A DNA stretch of 64,000 nt from sequence record MN445185.1. One strand, given 5' to 3'. The stretch comes from Escherichia phage vB_EcoM_EC001. The notes under the pieces were generated by a model. The model did no database searches, was not told the origin of the DNA, and worked only from the letters and a program-made list of their open reading frames with translations. This document shows positions 18,867 to 29,192 of this stretch, piece by piece. Made by a program: the position numbers and the translations under genes. Numbering within the stretch: position 1 is the stretch's first letter; every line of letters begins with the position of its first letter.

Positions 18867-19268
18867 ATGTTCGGCCTGTTTCAGGAGAAAAAACAGTTGC
18901 GTCGCCAATTAGAAATACTGGAATTGGAACTCAGCCTATCAAAGACTGAGTTGGAAATTTCGAAAGAAGCGTGGAAAAGAAATCTTGATGAATCTTTCGA
19001 AGAACGCCGTAAGCTTACACGACTACTTTCTGAGGAACAGTCTAAGAACCGGAAACTCGAAGATGAGCTACGAGATGCCCGACGAGATGCGGATCTGCGT
19101 GACAAGATGTTAGGACGGAACCTGGGTGCCCTAATCTATTTCATAGAGCAACGTTGGGAACCAAAAACACTCCTTGAGTTGCTCTATGAAAAACTCTCCT
19201 GTGTAGGTAAACGTTCTGCGGCCATCGAGTATTTCCGTAGTCACGGTTTCGAGGTAAAAGATGAGTAA
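18867..19268 (+). CDS. Coiled-coil hypothetical protein
   Basis: ATG 18867 with AAGGAGAAAAC SD; charged heptad-like composition. Confidence 0.6.
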   Translation: MFGLFQEKKQLRRQLEILELELSLSKTELEISKEAWKRNLDESFEERRKLTRLLSEEQSKNRKLEDELRDARRDADLRDKMLGRNLGALIYFIEQRWEPKTLLELLYEKLSCVGKRSAAIEYFRSHGFEVKDE

Positions 19269-19346
19269 ATTAGAGGTTGGCAGGCTGTTCGTTAATCCTT
19301 AAAAAACAACAGTTTCAAATTAGTTACGACCATAAGGAGTATTAAA

Positions 19347-20150
19347 ATGTTAAAGCCACGCAAACAGAAAAGATTACAGTTTGTCAAAATAGTACATCCA
19401 CAGTCCCGTCGTGTTACAGGTGGACGTCTCTACGTGGGTAAACACCGTAGTCGTCTTATCACCTGGTCGGCAATGGCCAACGTAGCCACCCAACTCCAGG
19501 CAATGGTTGAAGACCGTTGCCAGTTAAAAGGGGATTTCTTTCAAGAGAAGAAACCCTATCGTGATATCTTCCGTACACTAAAAGCGTGCTGGGTACTCAG
19601 CTGGGTGCCTGGCCGCGAACAACTTTATTTTCTGCGTAAGTTCCCACGCCCTATGCCGAAGGAAAACATTAGCGTTTTCTTAGACAAACTAAAACGCTTT
19701 AATGACATCGGCATAAACGCTAATAAAGAGCAGGTTTCTGCTACAGTAGCAGCCCGAAAACACTTACGCGATTATGTGGCCGATCGAGATGTTGAGTTCG
19801 CTTATATGACGCCGACTGTACCGCTGCTAAACGGTGATGCATCGAAAGCGAAGATGGAAGAGATCGCGTTGAAGTTTCCTAACATCAGACACATCGCACC
19901 AGACGCGGTACTACAGCTGAACACTGAAGGCTGCACGCGTTTACCGACAGTCTCTGACACGGTGTTAGTATCAACACCTGATGTTCCTGATGGAAAGTCG
20001 TTCCTTGAAATGATAAAGAAACGTACAGAGGGTGGATATCAACCGATCTTTCTGGATTCCCTTTCACAACATCCTGAAGTAGAACAAGAATTTAACATGA
20101 ACACTAACAGCCCTTACGACTCCCTATACAAGGACGATAATGATGCTTAA
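19347..20150 (+). CDS. Hypothetical protein
   Basis: AAGGAG SD. Confidence 0.6.
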   Translation: MLKPRKQKRLQFVKIVHPQSRRVTGGRLYVGKHRSRLITWSAMANVATQLQAMVEDRCQLKGDFFQEKKPYRDIFRTLKACWVLSWVPGREQLYFLRKFPRPMPKENISVFLDKLKRFNDIGINANKEQVSATVAARKHLRDYVADRDVEFAYMTPTVPLLNGDASKAKMEEIALKFPNIRHIAPDAVLQLNTEGCTRLPTVSDTVLVSTPDVPDGKSFLEMIKKRTEGGYQPIFLDSLSQHPEVEQEFNMNTNSPYDSLYKDDNDA

Positions 20151-20532
20151 GCCTAAGAAACGTAAAGATGGTGCGGTCATTTTCTCTCCGAGAATCGCTG
20201 TAGCAGTTGGTAAGAAATTACTGGTCCAGGACGGTAAGTGGGTCAGTGACGGATTCAGTCAGTACACCTCGCTATGCATCTCTTCCGAGATGAATCAGAT
20301 GCACGGGAAGAAAGTACGTGACCGACGATCTCAGATGCCAAAAGTTATCCGTGTTGTGGCCGGCTGGTATAAGCGATACATGAAAAAGAACTTCCCACAC
20401 GCAGCGCCGCCGTTTGAAGAAGGGTCTTTTGTTCGTACAGAACCCACCGAAGCGGGTGGCGAATTACCGGTGCGTACCGGCACGGCGTATTCGACGCTGA
20501 CTTCCTTGTGTCGTCAGTCGTACGAAAAGTAG
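20140..20532 (+). CDS. Hypothetical protein
   Basis: Start overlaps the upstream gene. Confidence 0.55.
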   Translation: MMLKPKKRKDGAVIFSPRIAVAVGKKLLVQDGKWVSDGFSQYTSLCISSEMNQMHGKKVRDRRSQMPKVIRVVAGWYKRYMKKNFPHAAPPFEEGSFVRTEPTEAGGELPVRTGTAYSTLTSLCRQSYEK

Positions 20533-20604
20533 AAGGCGTTGAAGGACACTCTACTCCACATCAACTAGGATGACGCTTATCCCAAGGGTAGCGAATAAAG
20601 CAGT

Positions 20605-20641
20605 ACCCTACTCCTTCGGGAGTAGGGTTTCTTCTTTTTTG
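20605..20641 (+). terminator. Rho-independent terminator
   Basis: Stem accctactcc / ggagtagggt with ttcg loop, then a T-run. Confidence 0.75.
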
Positions 20642-20661
20642 CCTAGTCCGATTACAATTAT

Positions 20662-20692
20662 TTTCAGATATATATTACTTAGGTGAGAGTTA
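20662..20692 (+). promoter_or_regulatory. Conserved 31-bp promoter-like motif, class 1
   Basis: Identical to 872-902. Confidence 0.4.
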
Positions 20693-20738
20693 ACAATTAA
20701 CTCTTATCTAATCGACCATTATCTTAAGGAGTTTTAAC

Positions 20739-21185
20739 ATGTACATTCTGAATAACGAACTTACTAAATACGCTAGCAAAAACCCGATTATGGTTTCTTT
20801 CCTAATCGTGATGGCGGCCAACAAACAAGACCCTAGCGAATTCACTACTGAGGACTTCGAAGAGATTATCGCCAACGCCAAAGAAGCCACGTTCCAGACT
20901 ACGGAACCCACACGTGACGAGTTCCCTCTAGGTGAAGCCGGTGACGTAATGTTTAACGACATGGTTGCTTCGTATTACATCAGTAGACGTGGTATGGAAA
21001 TCGAATACGACGAACTTCCTACTAGCAGCTTTGCTGAAATGATTCGTGATTATCGTCGTCAAGTTGTCTCTGACGATGTTGTAAAGAAATACATGGCACA
21101 AATCAGTCCATTCAGTCTTGAATTCGAAAACCGCGCGGTTGCCTTAGCGACGCATCGCCTGCGTTTAGAAAAAGAAGTACACTAA
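20739..21185 (+). CDS. Hypothetical acidic protein
   Basis: AAGGAG SD. Confidence 0.6.
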   Translation: MYILNNELTKYASKNPIMVSFLIVMAANKQDPSEFTTEDFEEIIANAKEATFQTTEPTRDEFPLGEAGDVMFNDMVASYYISRRGMEIEYDELPTSSFAEMIRDYRRQVVSDDVVKKYMAQISPFSLEFENRAVALATHRLRLEKEVH

Positions 21186-21246
21186 TAATAACCCGGCGGG
21201 CAAAGTCCCGCCAATTCACCCGCAATCTACAAAAAAGGAATATCCC

Positions 21247-21465
21247 ATGCGCAACCTGTTCTCCAAATCTGAAATCAAACCTGTTGTTGAAACCGCAGCC
21301 AAACGTAAGCCCGACATGATTGACCTGCTGCTGAAAATGTCTGCAGCAGAAGCCAAAGCTTTCATGAATACAATGAAAGACGACGAAAAAAAGATTGACA
21401 ATGTTGAAGTAACCTATGGTGTTAAAGACCGCCCAAAGAATAACGACCTTGTGTGGGTCTGTTAA
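21247..21465 (+). CDS. Small hypothetical protein
   Basis: AAAGGAA SD. Confidence 0.55.
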   Translation: MRNLFSKSEIKPVVETAAKRKPDMIDLLLKMSAAEAKAFMNTMKDDEKKIDNVEVTYGVKDRPKNNDLVWVC

Positions 21466-21494
21466 TCGACGATTGAGGATATAGTCGTGAAGAA

Positions 21495-21525
21495 AAGGGA
21501 GCTTCGGCTCCCCTTCTTTTTTTGT
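21495..21525 (+). terminator. Rho-independent terminator
   Basis: Stem aagggagc / gctcccctt with ttcg loop, then a long T-rich tract. Confidence 0.65.
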
Positions 21526-21643
21526 TTCCTTTTCTTTTTTGTTTGCTCTTGTTCAGATTCTGGTACGCGCTACGCTTTTAATATGCTGGCAGGAGGTCTA
21601 AAAATCTTACGACCTCAATAATCCCTTAACTCGAGTTAACGCG

Positions 21644-22441
21644 ATGTCTTTTACTTCAAAACAGAATCTGCTAAAACTCATCAACGAAGAGAATAAGATA
21701 AGCCCACCGCTTACCTTTGACGATGTTGATATCGGACTGCCGGAGGTTGTGTCAGTAGACGGTCGTGATTCGGAGGTGGTACTAACCTCGAAAATGCGCG
21801 GTGATGAAGGTACGCAAGTGATTGTGGACTACCATCGTCGTCCATTAGAGGACTACCTTACAGGCGATGTTGCCTTTGGCGATGAAGATGTGCATACCAC
21901 GCACGACTTACTCGCGGCGATTAACGAGCGTTTTAATCTGTCTATCTTACCTGAGGATATCGAAGATAACCCCATTGAAGGACAGACGCACACAGTCGTT
22001 GCTGTTGAAACTTCCCACGAGTGGAGAAGTCAAGCGGTCATCGAGCTGAAACCTGCTACACCTCTGGCAGAAGTAATAACCAATACAGAGTTGAGCGGTC
22101 TTCTGTACCCGGATCACCAGGACATCCAGTTGGGTCAGGCGTATATCTATTCGCGCGACATCGATTGTAGCCACATCTCTCGTTTCCTGAGCCTCTTAGC
22201 GGTCGGTATCGAAGTAGATGACACGGCGTTAGCAATCGAACTCAACAAATGTGTTCCTGAGATTTGGGTGGCTGAAGATACCCCATCCCCGTATAACTTG
22301 CGTGGTGCTACTGTCGTATTCGACGGCGTACCTGCAGACTTACCGGGAGCAAATACGGCGTTCGCGAAAGTCGTGTCAGTGCAACTGACCGATAAATGTA
22401 CGAACTTCCAGGGCAGCCTCAACTTACACTTTAACAACTAG
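21644..22441 (+). CDS. Paralog-family protein 1 (putative fibre/receptor-binding protein)
   Basis: Shares the family N-terminal domain and a C-terminal LHFNN-type ending with downstream paralogs. Confidence 0.65.
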   Translation: MSFTSKQNLLKLINEENKISPPLTFDDVDIGLPEVVSVDGRDSEVVLTSKMRGDEGTQVIVDYHRRPLEDYLTGDVAFGDEDVHTTHDLLAAINERFNLSILPEDIEDNPIEGQTHTVVAVETSHEWRSQAVIELKPATPLAEVITNTELSGLLYPDHQDIQLGQAYIYSRDIDCSHISRFLSLLAVGIEVDDTALAIELNKCVPEIWVAEDTPSPYNLRGATVVFDGVPADLPGANTAFAKVVSVQLTDKCTNFQGSLNLHFNN

Positions 22442-22451
22442 GAGGGTATAG

Positions 22452-23294
22452 GTGTCTATTTACGATAAGCCCTCGAAAGAGATGTTGTTAGATGCTATTA
22501 ACCGACAGAACGGATTAACGGCCAATCCACTCACATGGGAGCAGGTTGCAACTGGCTTCCCTGAGTCTGTCCAAACGCCTGGCGCTGACCGGAATACACG
22601 TGTACTCTTATACGGGTTGAACGGCAAGGGCTACAAAGGCAACGTTACGCTCGAATACGACCGTATCGAAATGGAAATTCTGTTCAGGAACGTAATACCG
22701 GTAGTCGTTGCCGACCCGGTAAATAAACTCTCTGAGTTGTTGCCGTTTCTGAATGCGAAATACGGCTTGTCTTTAGTTGCCGATGATATCGTTGACCAGT
22801 CAGTAAAAGATTTGGGAGAAAGCTGGTTAATCGATGTGACTATTAAGCCCGGTTGCTTGGCCTGGCAAGGTGGTTTCCGTTTACGCTTTGCGAAGTTCTT
22901 CCCGAACCTGGCGGATGTGGTGACGGATGTTGACCTCAGCGCAATTATCGCACCGTTCGTGGTTGCTAGTAAACCGCAGGCTGAATATGTGGCGTATGGT
23001 TACGATTGGACTGAACTGCAAAAACAGTTCACTACCGATTGGGCTTACAACCGTGCAATCACTGCAGCGGATGTTGAGTTGTTGAATGAAGTGGTGCCAT
23101 TAAAGTTTGCATATGTGACGGGGGCGAATGCGCAACCTGAACAAATTGCACTCCAAGGTGCACGATTTATGGGGATAACTTCAGTCACACCGAACGATAG
23201 TTACAACCCCGATTATCAGCGTGTGGCGATTATCAAGCTAGCTGCGGACAGCAACTACGCCGGTAATCTCATCCTTCATTATCTCCCGATATAA
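22452..23294 (+). CDS. Paralog-family protein 2
   Basis: GTG start with GGAGGG SD; family N-terminal domain (DRNT..Y.R). Confidence 0.65.
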   Translation: MSIYDKPSKEMLLDAINRQNGLTANPLTWEQVATGFPESVQTPGADRNTRVLLYGLNGKGYKGNVTLEYDRIEMEILFRNVIPVVVADPVNKLSELLPFLNAKYGLSLVADDIVDQSVKDLGESWLIDVTIKPGCLAWQGGFRLRFAKFFPNLADVVTDVDLSAIIAPFVVASKPQAEYVAYGYDWTELQKQFTTDWAYNRAITAADVELLNEVVPLKFAYVTGANAQPEQIALQGARFMGITSVTPNDSYNPDYQRVAIIKLAADSNYAGNLILHYLPI

Positions 23295-23304
23295 GGATTT
23301 TGAC

Positions 23305-24150
23305 ATGCCACTTTTAGCCACAGCTGAAAAGATTATTATCGCGGAGGTTAACGTCGAAAACAATCTCGACTTAAAAGTCGAGGATGTTGTTTTTGGTGTC
23401 CCTGCGATTCCAACGTCTGACGAAGACTTGGCAAAAGCTAACGGTCACAACGCGATGGTGCGTATTCAGGCATTGGCCACGGCTAATGCTATCGGTGCCA
23501 CTACCGTGTACTACGATCGTGTTGACTTCGCAGACATGTTTACCGATCCGGACGGGATTCAACCTTTACGTGTTCCTGCACGTCTCGATGCTGTTTACCA
23601 GATGCATGACGTGGTCGGGTTAATTAACCAGTATTACGGTCTCAGCCTTAAACCTGCAGATGTGGTGAATACCGAAATCGACAGGAAGACATGGCGTGTG
23701 GATCTGATTGCCACGCCCTCTTCTTTAGGTTGGATAGGGCAACAACAGGTACAGCTGTTACCAGGCGATGCGTTGCTTCCTGCAAACTTCGAACCCTTAA
23801 CAGTGATGCCTTACGAGTATCCGTATTTCAACATCAAGGTCGGTCAAGGTGCAGTTTATTCGTATCCCTGGCGCTTTGATAATTTCGCGGAGGAATTTCA
23901 ACGACTAGGTGCTGCGATAACCACAGAACGTCTGGCACAGATTCTCAAAACGGTCACCGGTGATAACTGGACAACATACCGTAACCCTATCGACTTTAAC
24001 CTTCGTGAAGCCGTCGTCGTCTATAACGGGCGTAACAAAGCGGAATTACCAACCAACCCAGCAGTCGACAACGTGCTGATTGTGGAGCTGTCGTTGTACT
24101 GTCTGAATTTTGGCGGGCGTTTGTATTTGCATTACAACGACCCTGATTAA
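23305..24150 (+). CDS. Paralog-family protein 3
   Basis: AAGGA SD; ends LYLHYNDPD. Confidence 0.65.
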   Translation: MPLLATAEKIIIAEVNVENNLDLKVEDVVFGVPAIPTSDEDLAKANGHNAMVRIQALATANAIGATTVYYDRVDFADMFTDPDGIQPLRVPARLDAVYQMHDVVGLINQYYGLSLKPADVVNTEIDRKTWRVDLIATPSSLGWIGQQQVQLLPGDALLPANFEPLTVMPYEYPYFNIKVGQGAVYSYPWRFDNFAEEFQRLGAAITTERLAQILKTVTGDNWTTYRNPIDFNLREAVVVYNGRNKAELPTNPAVDNVLIVELSLYCLNFGGRLYLHYNDPD

Positions 24151-24171
24151 TCCTGAGTAAAGGAAGTAAGA

Positions 24172-25083
24172 ATGAAACCTTTAAACAAAACGTCCGATAA
24201 GCTGGTTCTGGATTTTATTAATGAGAAAAACCCAGACGCAGAACTGGAACTTTCTAAAATAACGCTCGGCACACCGACCCCTATTACCGATGAAGGTGCT
24301 GATCGCAATACCAGCATGACCCTGACTGCGAAAAAGAACTCCGGGTACATCGGTACTCAGGACGTGACTTATAATCGCCTGGAAGGCGGTGCGCTGTTCC
24401 GTAATGTAACCGCATACCTCGACGTTAAACTGCCGAAAACCACCACCGACCTGCTGACGACCCTGAACACCCAATACGGATTGAAGCTGACCGAAGACGA
24501 TATCGTTCCGGCGGCTATTCCGGAAAATACCAACCCGCCGCTGACTAACCCGAACGATCCGGACCCAGCACCGGTTGACCACGTCATTACCTTCAAAGAA
24601 GACTGCTACGCTTATCTGGGCAGCATCCCGGTTAAAATCGGTGCTAAGCCTCAGGTTGGTGAACGTCTGAGTCTGGTGGTAACACAAACCAAGCTCGACG
24701 GCTTGGTTTACCCAGATGGTCCAAGCGAAGCGAAGGGTCAGGGCTACATCTACTCTTACGGTGTAGACTGCACAGCAATCGCAGCATTCCTGAAAGTACA
24801 GGCGAAAGGTGTTATCGCTGGCGACTCTGCATTCCCGGTTGAGCTGAATAAAGTTGTGCCGGAACTGTGGGTTGCATCTGATGAGCCTGCGGATTATAAC
24901 CTGAAAGGCGCTAACGTGTTGTACGTTGGTTCTACTACTGACGATGGCACTGCTTCAGGCGACGAACCTAAGAAACCGGTTGAAGGTGCAAACACTGCTT
25001 ACAACCAGGTTCTGCTGCTGCAGCTGGATGACACTCTGTGCACCAACTTCCAGGGTATCATGTACCTGCACTTTAATGCCTAA
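24172..25083 (+). CDS. Paralog-family protein 4
   Basis: AAGGAAG SD; ends MYLHFNA. Confidence 0.65.
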   Translation: MKPLNKTSDKLVLDFINEKNPDAELELSKITLGTPTPITDEGADRNTSMTLTAKKNSGYIGTQDVTYNRLEGGALFRNVTAYLDVKLPKTTTDLLTTLNTQYGLKLTEDDIVPAAIPENTNPPLTNPNDPDPAPVDHVITFKEDCYAYLGSIPVKIGAKPQVGERLSLVVTQTKLDGLVYPDGPSEAKGQGYIYSYGVDCTAIAAFLKVQAKGVIAGDSAFPVELNKVVPELWVASDEPADYNLKGANVLYVGSTTDDGTASGDEPKKPVEGANTAYNQVLLLQLDDTLCTNFQGIMYLHFNA

Positions 25084-25096
25084 TTAGGCCTCGCTG

Positions 25097-25136
25097 GGAG
25101 GAGGAAATCCTCCTCCTGGCTACTCCTTTCTTTTTT
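25097..25136 (+). terminator. Putative terminator
   Basis: Stem ggaggagg / cctcctcc, T-run about 10 nt downstream. Confidence 0.5.
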
Positions 25137-25152
25137 GGCCGAGGAGGCTATT

Positions 25153-25992
25153 ATGGCTTTATATAGTCTGTCTCAGCGACAATATCTGTACGATGCGATT
25201 AATGCCGAAAACCCGGATGCTGTGCTACCGATGGGTTTAGACAATGCTATCATCGGCACGCCGAAAGCAATCACACCGACAGCAAGCGGTGCCAATACTG
25301 AGATTATCATTCGTGGTCGTCAAGGTCGTGGCTATATCGGTCCTCAGACGTTCCGTTATAAGCGCTTGTCGCTGAACGACTTATTTAAGAACATGACACC
25401 TCAGGTAACTGCACCGAATGCCTACGGTTGGTTGAACGTGGAGTCGAAACGTACTGCGTTTGCGCAGAACCTGAACGGTCGTTATGGATTAAACCTGGTT
25501 GCAGATGATATCCCAGAACAATACGTTTATCTGAACGTAAACAACACGATGCGTATTAACGCTAGCTGTATCCAATACACTGGCAGCATCACCTTTATGT
25601 CTATCCGGGGTAAGAATAGCCTCGAAGACCTCGTGGTAAACGACATCTTGTTGGCTTTGAACCACCCTGCAGCAGCAAGCACTGGTAAGAAATACATGGG
25701 CTTCTTGACGTACGGGGAAGACTTTACTGACGAAGTGCAGGTTATGGCCTCGTTTAAGAACGGGCGAATGGACGTAGGAAGTAACTTTGATTTGGGTTAC
25801 ACGTCCAATCTGATGGCCACATTGGTCGCACGTGGGGTACCGTCGTTTGATCCGACGAACTGCACAATTACCCGCTACAAAACGAGTGAGTTGGCGACCG
25901 CCAATAAAGCGTACGATAACGTATTGCTGATTACCGGCATTCAGAACGACCCGAAAGTAATCGGCGAGTGTATGTTGCACTACAACAACTAG
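25153..25992 (+). CDS. Paralog-family protein 5
   Basis: ATG 25153 with GAGGAGG SD; track used TTG 25135; ends MLHYNN. Confidence 0.65.
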   Translation: MALYSLSQRQYLYDAINAENPDAVLPMGLDNAIIGTPKAITPTASGANTEIIIRGRQGRGYIGPQTFRYKRLSLNDLFKNMTPQVTAPNAYGWLNVESKRTAFAQNLNGRYGLNLVADDIPEQYVYLNVNNTMRINASCIQYTGSITFMSIRGKNSLEDLVVNDILLALNHPAAASTGKKYMGFLTYGEDFTDEVQVMASFKNGRMDVGSNFDLGYTSNLMATLVARGVPSFDPTNCTITRYKTSELATANKAYDNVLLITGIQNDPKVIGECMLHYNN

Positions 25993-26002
25993 GAATTAGC
26001 GA

Positions 26003-26890
26003 ATGGCTATTTATCAACCTTCTAAAGACGTCCTGTTGGCAGCAGTGAACGCACAGAACTCGCTTGCTGTTAAGATGACTGACATCATCTGGTCCTCGCC
26101 AAAGGACATCCGTGGTACGGAGAAGGAAACGCTGACTAACCGTAACACGCAAATTAAAATTACGGCAGATGGGGTAACGGGCTCTACCTGGTCGGGTAAG
26201 AAAAATGTCTTCTACAACCGCATGAAAGTCGAAGACTTGTTAGTGCTGATCGGTGACACGTTGGCGATCGGCCCATCCAACGAAACCTTGTATGCGGCCA
26301 TTCCTGGACTGAACCAACGTTACGGTTTTGTTCTGGAAGAAGCTGACCTGCAGGACGCAGATATCGAATGGAACGGTGATAAGACCGAAGGAACTGTGCG
26401 CGTTGTTGCACATCCGGAGTCTATCGGTTGGGTTGGACAGGCGACATTTAAAGTCGTGAAAGGTGATGAGTCGTTAGTCTCTGCAGTCACCACTAACGTC
26501 CTGACCGGTCTGAAATACCCGAACGGTCAGATGGGTTCCGAAAATGTTACTGCGGTCATTGCAGAGGTTTATTCCTACCCGTACAACTTCACCAAATACC
26601 GTGATACTCTGCTGGCATACACGCCAGGTATTCTGTCCGGACAGCCGTTGACGGATATGGTTAACATGCTGAAATATATTACGGGTACGGCATGGGTAGC
26701 GACCACCTCCGCTTCCTACGGTTTGGCGGGTGCGGAGGTTATCAGCGTTGGTCTGAATGACCCTGTTGCAATGCCGACAAACGCGAAGTACAAGTATGCG
26801 CTGGTGTTGAAACTGCCTGTTACCTGTACCACCATCGTCGGAACGTTGTATCTCCAGTTCAACGATCTGGACGATCCAAGCGAGGTATAA
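26003..26890 (+). CDS. Paralog-family protein 6
   Basis: Family N-terminal domain; ends LQFNDLDDPSEV. Confidence 0.65.
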   Translation: MAIYQPSKDVLLAAVNAQNSLAVKMTDIIWSSPKDIRGTEKETLTNRNTQIKITADGVTGSTWSGKKNVFYNRMKVEDLLVLIGDTLAIGPSNETLYAAIPGLNQRYGFVLEEADLQDADIEWNGDKTEGTVRVVAHPESIGWVGQATFKVVKGDESLVSAVTTNVLTGLKYPNGQMGSENVTAVIAEVYSYPYNFTKYRDTLLAYTPGILSGQPLTDMVNMLKYITGTAWVATTSASYGLAGAEVISVGLNDPVAMPTNAKYKYALVLKLPVTCTTIVGTLYLQFNDLDDPSEV

Positions 26891-26893
26891 TTG

Positions 26894-27721
26894 ATGATCA
26901 ACTATGCTAAGCCGTCAAACGAGTTGGTCTTTGACCTCATTAACCGGGATAACCCAAACCTACCTATTAAAGCGTCGCCGGCAAACTGCTACGTGGAGAA
27001 AGTGACGCAGGTTCCCGTTAATGCAGCTTCCAACAACCGCAATACGTCGGCACGCTTGCGCGGTATTCAGGGTTCCGGATTTCGAGACGCAATCACCGTT
27101 TACTACGACCGTGTGAACTTAGCGCGGTTATTGCCGTGGGGTCCTTCTGTTCAGGCGCAGTTCGTCACGTTTGACGCGCCCAACCTCCACTCAGCCTTTT
27201 CGGTGCTCTTGGATACTTACGGAGTAAACTTCTCTGCAATCGATATCTATAACCTCCCACTGGCGGGTCCCAATACCCCAAATTACACCAATACACAGAA
27301 CATCGTAGCGCTATCGACATCTCCGGCTTATATCGGTTCTGCGACGTTGCGTTATAACCGTGGTTTACCGGTACTAGATACTTCGGTGAAAACGGATGTC
27401 TTGAATGCGATTCAAGAGCCTATTTCACCGTCTCTCGGTAAGAAGTGTATTGATTTGTTGACGTACGGTATTGACTTTACCGCGTATAAAAACCTACTGA
27501 CAGTAGATGCTTCTGGCCTACCGCAGTGGGCTGGTTTGCGTAAGGTGTTGGATGACCTGGGTATTCCGAACTACGCGGGGCCACTGAACAGTAACACCGT
27601 TCAGGATGTGCCGACATCCACCGCTCAGTTCGCTAACAAATCGTACGACCGCGTGGTTGTCCAAACGGGTATCGATGAGGAAGGCGTGAAAGGCGTGGCG
27701 TACTACCACTATAACAGCTAA
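26894..27721 (+). CDS. Paralog-family protein 7
   Basis: GAGG SD; ends YYHYNS. Confidence 0.65.
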   Translation: MINYAKPSNELVFDLINRDNPNLPIKASPANCYVEKVTQVPVNAASNNRNTSARLRGIQGSGFRDAITVYYDRVNLARLLPWGPSVQAQFVTFDAPNLHSAFSVLLDTYGVNFSAIDIYNLPLAGPNTPNYTNTQNIVALSTSPAYIGSATLRYNRGLPVLDTSVKTDVLNAIQEPISPSLGKKCIDLLTYGIDFTAYKNLLTVDASGLPQWAGLRKVLDDLGIPNYAGPLNSNTVQDVPTSTAQFANKSYDRVVVQTGIDEEGVKGVAYYHYNS

Positions 27722-27726
27722 GTGTA

Positions 27727-27752
27727 GGGGCTCTTCGGAGCCCCCTCTTTTG
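27727..27752 (+). terminator. Rho-independent terminator
   Basis: Stem ggggctc / gagcccc with ttcg loop, then a T-rich tract. Confidence 0.6.
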
Positions 27753-27768
27753 GCGATGCGGAGTCCCT

Positions 27769-29181
27769 ATGCTATTTTACTCGAAGGAGTCGGCACTGCT
27801 TGTATACGACCAAGTCAATCGGGATAACCCTGATTTAGTTGTTAAGCTGACGCCGGCTATCGCTGCTTTAACCAGTGGCCCAACTTCAGTTACGTTAAAC
27901 CAACGTAACACCAAAGCTGTTTTCACCGGGTATCCAGGGACAGGTGTACAAGGTAATGTTACCGTGTACTACGACCGGATTAACCTGGCCTCTTTATTTA
28001 ATTTTGTGCCGACTGTGGCTATCAAAGATACAGTCTTAACGGTACGAGACGCGCTACCTGCAATAAACAACGCTTTGGGGCTTACATTAGTTGCTTCTGA
28101 TTTGCAGTCACCTGACGCAAGTTTACCTAAACCGAGCGCTTCGCCGCAGACGTTGAAATTAAATATCTCAGGTAATTGCCCTGCGTTTACAGGCAGCTTA
28201 ACGATACGTTATACCGTCCCGAGCGGTGCAATTTACCCCGATTCTGGACCTGGCCCTAAAACGTTGCTGCAAGGTAACACTATCGCGGGTTATTTCGGAA
28301 CAACCACAATTGCAGAGTTGTTTACACACTCTCAACTTCTTAATGCCACTATATCGGCCGGTGCGTTACCACCGGTACATTCTGGTGCCGAAGGTTGGTA
28401 CAAGTTCTTTTACCAGGGTAGGGTTATTTACCTTCCGATCAGTCCTGTCGCTAGCTCCATCTCCTGGAATACGTTATATACAAACGGACTCGTTTACGGA
28501 ACAGATGATAATGGTAAATACCCTGCGGCGACGCCCGTTAACCAGGGACGCATCATTAGCTTTACAGGCGCAGACAACAAAAGGTTTTACTTCCGTGTTC
28601 GTCTACCTAGTGCCGGGAAAGACCCATACGTCAGCGGCACCCCAACTGCCGCTGAGTTAGCAGGTAGTGAGTTTGAGATGTTCAACTTTCTGTATAATGG
28701 AACGTGGGACAAACCGATTAACAGTTACTGGACGCTGTTCTGTTTATTGAAAGATACACTGAAGACCAACGTCGCCAATCATCGCATGGCGACGTTGTCT
28801 GGAGCAAGTTGGACAAACTTAGAAAAATCATCGAGTGCGGGCAACTACTACTGGTTCCCGGTGCTGGAGTTGGTGGATAAGTCCACAGTTACCTTGGGTT
28901 TAGAAGATATCCATGGTGCGGTAGATTACAGTCTCCAACCGTGCAGCGTGTCCGCAGAAAACACATTTAGTCTCAAGCCGTTAGTGCTCGGTAATCCGGA
29001 TACTACCGATTTCGAACCGGTAGTTGTTACTTCAGAAAACAGTTTCGCACTGCATCCGCCTGCTTTAATGCTGCCGAAGACAGTCGACTTCCAACCTATT
29101 GCGGCTACCGCTGAAATGTATACGCCCCCTGACAAGACAACGTTAACGTCTCTTAACGGTGAACTGGACGGCTTTAAGTAG
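27769..29181 (+). CDS. Fibre-module protein A1 (family N-domain, GPGP motif, C-terminal NGELDGF)
   Basis: GGAG SD; paralog of 31138-32634. Confidence 0.65.
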   Translation: MLFYSKESALLVYDQVNRDNPDLVVKLTPAIAALTSGPTSVTLNQRNTKAVFTGYPGTGVQGNVTVYYDRINLASLFNFVPTVAIKDTVLTVRDALPAINNALGLTLVASDLQSPDASLPKPSASPQTLKLNISGNCPAFTGSLTIRYTVPSGAIYPDSGPGPKTLLQGNTIAGYFGTTTIAELFTHSQLLNATISAGALPPVHSGAEGWYKFFYQGRVIYLPISPVASSISWNTLYTNGLVYGTDDNGKYPAATPVNQGRIISFTGADNKRFYFRVRLPSAGKDPYVSGTPTAAELAGSEFEMFNFLYNGTWDKPINSYWTLFCLLKDTLKTNVANHRMATLSGASWTNLEKSSSAGNYYWFPVLELVDKSTVTLGLEDIHGAVDYSLQPCSVSAENTFSLKPLVLGNPDTTDFEPVVVTSENSFALHPPALMLPKTVDFQPIAATAEMYTPPDKTTLTSLNGELDGFK

Positions 29182-29192
29182 AGGTATCATCT

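Noticed and set aside
21466-21643. Possible tRNA or small RNA in the 178-bp spacer
   Set aside because: No cloverleaf-compatible sequence (no GTTC T-loop or acceptor complementarity); it contains a terminator and a T-rich tract instead
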